From positions 1 through 49,016 of the forward strand of contig DMXI01000559.1 in assembly GCA_003483885.1 (NCBI GenBank): a DNA stretch of 49,016 nucleotides, in the 5' to 3' direction. The notes under the pieces were generated by a model. The model saw only the letters and a list, made by a program, of their open reading frames with translations. It was not told where the DNA came from and made no database searches. Source of the stretch: Microscillaceae bacterium (GTDB taxonomy: Bacteria > Bacteroidota > Bacteroidia > Cytophagales > Microscillaceae). Position numbers and translations under genes: made by a program. Shown in pieces: positions 44,930 to 49,016 of the stretch. Each line of letters begins with the position of its first letter. Positions within the stretch are counted from its first letter, which is position 1.

Positions 44930-45619
44930 CTAGGTAGTACAAATATTTTTTAAATATTGCCGCAAGTTGAAATCATGCTGGTAGTGAAAGGTTTGCGAAG
45001 CGCTTGTCATCTTTAAAATTCTGTCTAGTCTAAATTCTCTAATCTCATCTCTCAGCCTGCAATAGGCAATAGATACCCAATTTTTGTTATCTGTAAAATA
45101 AATACCCAGTGGTTCTATTTCACGGGTTGTTTTTTCATTTCTGTAAATAGAATGATATACAATTTCCAGCACTAATGTGTTAGTGATTGATTTTTGAATG
45201 GTAGATAACCAATTACTTTTAATTTGCTTTTGTAGATAAGGCTGCGAAATTCTGTCTTCCAGCTTAGCAATATTTTCTTTGTCAGTATTTTTTAGGATTG
45301 CTTTTATTTTGATTAACAGGGAATTAAAGTTTTTTATTAGAGAAATATCGTATTGGTTTGAAATAAACTGCTCAGCAATGATCATTGTATTCGCTTCTTC
45401 TTCGGTAATCATAATGGGTGGTAAAGTGTACCCATCTACGATGAAATAACCCACTCCGTTTTCTGAGCCAATGGGTATTCCTGCATCTTGTAGCGTTTTA
45501 ATATCCCTATAGACTGTCCGTAAGCTAATCTCAAATCTTTCAGCGATTTCTTTAGCAGTTAATACCTTTTTTGATTGTAGTTGAATTAAAATAGCGGTGA
45601 TTCTTGTAAGTCTATTCAT
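44930..45619 (-). CDS. HTH-WYL domain transcriptional regulator (YafY/BrxR-like)
   Basis: 229 aa; N-terminal DeoR-type HTH (LTAKEIAERFEISLRTVYRDIKTLQDAGIPI), C-terminal WYL motif WVSIAYCRLRDEIREFRLDRI. Confidence 0.8.
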   Translation of the reverse strand: MNRLTRITAILIQLQSKKVLTAKEIAERFEISLRTVYRDIKTLQDAGIPIGSENGVGYFIVDGYTLPPIMITEEEANTMIIAEQFISNQYDISLIKNFNSLLIKIKAILKNTDKENIAKLEDRISQPYLQKQIKSNWLSTIQKSITNTLVLEIVYHSIYRNEKTTREIEPLGIYFTDNKNWVSIAYCRLRDEIREFRLDRILKMTSASQTFHYQHDFNLRQYLKNICTT

Positions 45620-45830
45620 ACTTTGTCATTGAAGGTGTTTAGAGTATAGCTCCCTCAAAAGAGTCATAGTAAAGCTTTTATAAGTTTAAGTGCGAGAAAA
45701 CCAAGATCAAACTACAACTAATAATAAAGTTAAAGAAAAAAGAGATAGAACATACCCTGACTCTGTATTTAAGCCACGCTTCTTACCTTTTTTAACCATG
45801 GTATTATTCATTTTTTTGATGCCCAAACCA

Positions 45831-46997
45831 CTAATCCACAATTCTAAACACGTTTTCAGGTGTCAACCACACTCCACTGCTGGTTTTAAACATTGTTTTA
45901 ATTGTACAAGTAGGATAAGCTCCTTCAGGGCGAGAACCATCTGTTCGCTTGAAGATAAACTTGACTGGATGATCGCGAGTCTTTTTCTTTAAAAATATTT
46001 GGGTGGCCAAGTGCGGGGCTACCTCCCATCGTCCATCTGGATTGTCCCATTGTAAGTAAAAAGTCAAATCCTGCGAGGTAGGATTACTCATCATAAAGCT
46101 TACTTCATAACCTTCTTTCACTTTTTTCAATTGGCTAAAACGTATTGCTTTGGGTTTCAGGCCATAGCGTTGCAAAAAGAAGGTTTCGTTGTCTTCTTGG
46201 CGCACCATCTTGGGCGAAAGTACACCGCCTGCTTTAATGATCGCAAAACTAAACTGATCGTCTTTTACGGTAGCTAGTAAAAAATGAGGAAAAGTGCCGC
46301 TTTCTAAATAATGGGTACCCGTTTTGCCAGTGCAATTGGTCATTACATATTGTATCCCATCTCGCTCCATATACTCATAATGGTGGTAATGTCCATAAAA
46401 TACATTTTTCACTTTATACTTTAGAAATAAAGCATGCAGTTGATCAAAGTTTTTGAGGCGGTAAATGGGATGATGAAAAAAAACAAAACGATGTTGTTGC
46501 TTTTGGGCTTTTTGGAGGTCTTGCTCTAGCCAAGCTACTTGGGCAGGACCTATTTGGGCTTCCTTGCCATCATTGGTATTCAAGATGGTAAAATGGGCAT
46601 TTTTATAATCAAATGAATAATGAAGCTTGCCCCAATAAGATTCGTAATAGGGTAAGGGCTTGCCTTTTTTGCTAAGCACATCGTGGTTGCCAGGTACAGG
46701 ATAATAGGGCGTATTTCCCAAAGGCTTCAGTTGTTCTTTGAAGCGTGCCCACTGCTTCATTGTGGTGTCTTTTGCCTTAAGTTTGCCCAAAATCATGTCG
46801 CCCACCTGAACAACAAAAGAGGGAGAAAGCAATGCTACTTCATTGACAATACGGTTAAATACATCGGTTTTATTGAATTGACTATCGCCTAGAATAGCAA
46901 AGGTAAATTCATTTTTAGGGGCTTGTTGTGCTTTGGTATACTGGGTACATATACATACGCTGGCATAAGTAATGAGTATTGCTCTCAAAATCAACAT
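45831..46997 (-). CDS. Metallophosphoesterase (calcineurin-like phosphoesterase), secreted
   Basis: 388 aa; signal peptide; GDSQ, GDMI, GNHD, GHYHHYE metal-binding motifs. Confidence 0.8.
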   Translation of the reverse strand: MLILRAILITYASVCICTQYTKAQQAPKNEFTFAILGDSQFNKTDVFNRIVNEVALLSPSFVVQVGDMILGKLKAKDTTMKQWARFKEQLKPLGNTPYYPVPGNHDVLSKKGKPLPYYESYWGKLHYSFDYKNAHFTILNTNDGKEAQIGPAQVAWLEQDLQKAQKQQHRFVFFHHPIYRLKNFDQLHALFLKYKVKNVFYGHYHHYEYMERDGIQYVMTNCTGKTGTHYLESGTFPHFLLATVKDDQFSFAIIKAGGVLSPKMVRQEDNETFFLQRYGLKPKAIRFSQLKKVKEGYEVSFMMSNPTSQDLTFYLQWDNPDGRWEVAPHLATQIFLKKKTRDHPVKFIFKRTDGSRPEGAYPTCTIKTMFKTSSGVWLTPENVFRIVD

Positions 46998-47215
46998 AGT
47001 GTAGGCTTTATTTAGTAAAGATGGTGTATAACACCTCTAAAGTAAATGTAAATTACTTGAAGCCTTGTTGCTGATTTGTTAATTAAGAAATTCTTAATAA
47101 AATGCTGATATGTTGCCCATTCAAAGCCCTCCCTATGAACCAATGTGCATTCATCAGATCATTACGAGGTATCGCAAGTCAGGAATGATTAAGGTATACA
47201 TCGGAAAGTTATAGC

Positions 47216-47965
47216 TTATTTTTTCATATTGACCAGCTCCAGGGTACGGCAAGTTTTTTCGGCCGCCGCTTGTTCTGCTTTCTTTTTGCTAAATCCTGTG
47301 CCGCTAGCTACTGGCTCATCATCTATGATTACTTGCGCCACAAATTGTCGCTGATGTTTAGAGCCCTCTTCTTTCACGATTTCAAACCTTAGCTCTCGAT
47401 TATTTTTCTGAGCCCACTCAATGACAATGCTCTTGTAGTTTTGGTTATTTTCGATGATTTCACCCAAATCAAGGTGCCCTATCACGATTTTTTTCACCAC
47501 AAACTTACGACAATAATGAAAACCTTTGTCTAAATATACAGCCCCTACCAATGCCTCAAGGGCGTCGCCTCCCATAGACTTATAGGTAAAGTTGTTTTTA
47601 CGACTACCTTCAAACTTGATCAAGTCATGAATACCCATCTTGCGAGATAGCTGATTCAGCGATTCCCGGTTTACAATTCGGGCCCGGATTTCGGTCAAAA
47701 AGCCTTCCTCTTTGAATGGATATTTTTTGAATAGGTAATCGGCTACTATTGCGCCCAGGATAGCATCACCCAGATACTCTAAGCGCTCATTAGACTCTTT
47801 GAATCCATCTTGCAACGATTTGGAAGCCGATGTATGGCTTAAGGCAAGTTGATAAAGAGAAAGGTTAAACGGCTTGTGTCCTATAATTCTTTTAATAGAA
47901 TGGGCAAGCCGTTTTTCTTCTTCGGTATGCTTTTTAAGTAGTTTAGATATAAATCTAAAAATCAC
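47216..47965 (-). CDS. rnc: Ribonuclease III
   Basis: 249 aa; RNase III signature ERLEYLGDAILG, C-terminal dsRBD (GSKHQRQFVAQVIIDDEPVASGTGFSKKKAEQAAAEK). Confidence 0.9.
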   Translation of the reverse strand: MIFRFISKLLKKHTEEEKRLAHSIKRIIGHKPFNLSLYQLALSHTSASKSLQDGFKESNERLEYLGDAILGAIVADYLFKKYPFKEEGFLTEIRARIVNRESLNQLSRKMGIHDLIKFEGSRKNNFTYKSMGGDALEALVGAVYLDKGFHYCRKFVVKKIVIGHLDLGEIIENNQNYKSIVIEWAQKNNRELRFEIVKEEGSKHQRQFVAQVIIDDEPVASGTGFSKKKAEQAAAEKTCRTLELVNMKK

Positions 47966-49016
47966 TACATCTCTAATTTTTTAAACACTAAGGTAAAATT
48001 ATGCCCACCAAAACCAAAGGTATTACTCATTGCATAATTTATTTCTCTTTGCTGAGCTTTGTTAAATGTAAAATTCAACTTTGCATCAAATTGCTCATCG
48101 TCCGTAAAATGGTTGATGGTAGGTGGAGCCGTTTGATGTTGGATCGCCAAAATAGTAGCCACGGCTTCTATTGCACCAGCTGCTCCCAACAAATGCCCAG
48201 TCATTGATTTGGTAGAACTAATATTAAGATCGTAAGCGTGTTCGCCAAATACTTTTTGAATCGCCAATGCCTCACTGTAGTCTCCTAAAGGAGTAGAAGT
48301 GCCATGTACATTGATATAGTCAATGTCTTTTGGGGTTAGACCCGCATCATTTAAGGCATCTTGCATTACTTTGATTGCTCCGAGCCCTTCTGGATGAGGA
48401 GCTGTAAGATGGTGTGCATCAGAAGACATACCCCCTCCTACTAGTTCAGCGTATATTTTGGCACCGCGTGCTTTAGCGTGCTCATATTCTTCAAGTATAA
48501 TGGCCGCACCACCTTCTCCCAACACAAAACCGTCACGCTCCTTGTCAAAGGGACGAGAAGCTGTTTGTGGAGAATCATTTCTTTCAGAAAGTGCTTTCAA
48601 GGCGTTGAACCCTCCAATACCAGTTTCGGTAACGGCTGCTTCTGAACCTCCCGAAATGGCCATGTCAATTCTGCCTAGACGAATATAATTGAAGGCGTCT
48701 ACCATCGCATTGGTAGCCGATGCACAAGCCGAAACTGTGACGTAATTGGGCCCTCGGAAGCCATATTTTATAGATACGTGACCAGAACTTAGGTCAGCAA
48801 TCATTTTAGGTATAAAAAATGGGCTAAATTTAGGGGTTCCGTCGCCGTTGGCAAACCCCATTACTTCGTCCTGGAAAGACTTCAAACCTCCAATGCCTGC
48901 TCCCCAGATTACTCCTACACGATCTTTGTTGATGGTTTCCAGGTCGATTTTTGCATCTTGGATAGCTTCTTCGCTAACCACCAATGCATAGTGGGTAAAA
49001 ATATCCATACGACGTG
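47965..49016 (-). CDS. fabF: Beta-ketoacyl-[ACP] synthase II, 5'-partial (N-terminus beyond window end)
   Basis: Aligns collinearly with FabF from ~residue 70 onward: active-site Cys (VTVSACASATNAM), His motifs (NVHGTSTPLGD, SSTKSMTGHLLGAAG), C-terminal FGFGGHN; reading frame open to window edge. Confidence 0.9.
   Translation of the reverse strand, partial: RRMDIFTHYALVVSEEAIQDAKIDLETINKDRVGVIWGAGIGGLKSFQDEVMGFANGDGTPKFSPFFIPKMIADLSSGHVSIKYGFRGPNYVTVSACASATNAMVDAFNYIRLGRIDMAISGGSEAAVTETGIGGFNALKALSERNDSPQTASRPFDKERDGFVLGEGGAAIILEEYEHAKARGAKIYAELVGGGMSSDAHHLTAPHPEGLGAIKVMQDALNDAGLTPKDIDYINVHGTSTPLGDYSEALAIQKVFGEHAYDLNISSTKSMTGHLLGAAGAIEAVATILAIQHQTAPPTINHFTDDEQFDAKLNFTFNKAQQREINYAMSNTFGFGGHNFTLVFKKLEM

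Noticed and set aside
1-49016. tRNA or rRNA genes, insertion sequences, integrases
   Set aside because: I did not see cloverleaf-like GTTCGAATC T-loop contexts, rRNA-like segments, or transposase or integrase ORFs. Every long ORF received another assignment. tRNAscan or Infernal would be the definitive check.

Overview
This 49 kb window is a gene-dense chromosomal stretch from an AT-rich genome, about 40% GC, that looks like Bacteroidota (Cytophagia-like). The organism call is an inference from weak Shine-Dalgarno signals, BlaR1-TonB fusion proteins, ECF sigma pairs and an acpP-fabF-rnc-type ending. I count about 45 protein-coding genes and find no rRNA, tRNA, CRISPR array or transposase.

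The housekeeping backbone is:
- K+-dependent H+-pyrophosphatase (5' partial), MscS channel, HtpX protease, a Fur-family regulator, DinB and a quinone oxidoreductase.
- ThiL, a polyprenyl synthase, a rhomboid protease and proline dehydrogenase.
- A subtilase, RNase III, and FabF (runs off the window end).

Accessory or regulatory modules are:
- ohr-ohrR.
- BlaI/BlaR1 with a TonB C-terminal domain.
- An ECF sigma with a partner carrying a C-terminal beta-barrel.
- An HTH-WYL regulator.
- AraC-type regulators.

The main points of interest are:
1. An 852-aa bacterial homolog of the eukaryotic major vault protein: N-terminal repeat domains, then a shoulder (SPFH-like) domain, then a long cap-helix coiled coil.
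2. A 1142-aa fusion of an intact His/Cys caspase (C14) domain with a C-terminal alpha/beta-hydrolase-like domain whose nucleophile elbow looks degenerate.
3. A DUF4157 (eCIS-associated, toxin-like metallopeptidase motif) protein with a 5x 21-bp in-frame tandem repeat and an unknown C-terminal domain. It has its own terminator and sits two genes upstream of the MVP gene.
4. An orphan 67-aa double-glycine-leader (bacteriocin/RiPP-type) peptide with a Cys-containing core, alone in a 0.9 kb intergenic gap.
5. A compact operon of a CysK/CBS-like PLP enzyme, a GNAT and an ATP-grasp ligase, which resembles small-molecule (dipeptide or non-proteinogenic amino acid) biosynthesis.
6. A roughly 200 bp decayed duplicate of the 3' end of ohrR flanking an esterase plus membrane-AraC two-gene module.
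7. A dispersed ~60-bp hairpin-containing repeat in two copies (one inverted), the first embedded in a cluster of related palindromic motifs.

All calls rest on reading the translated ORFs and the DNA by eye. No database searches were run.
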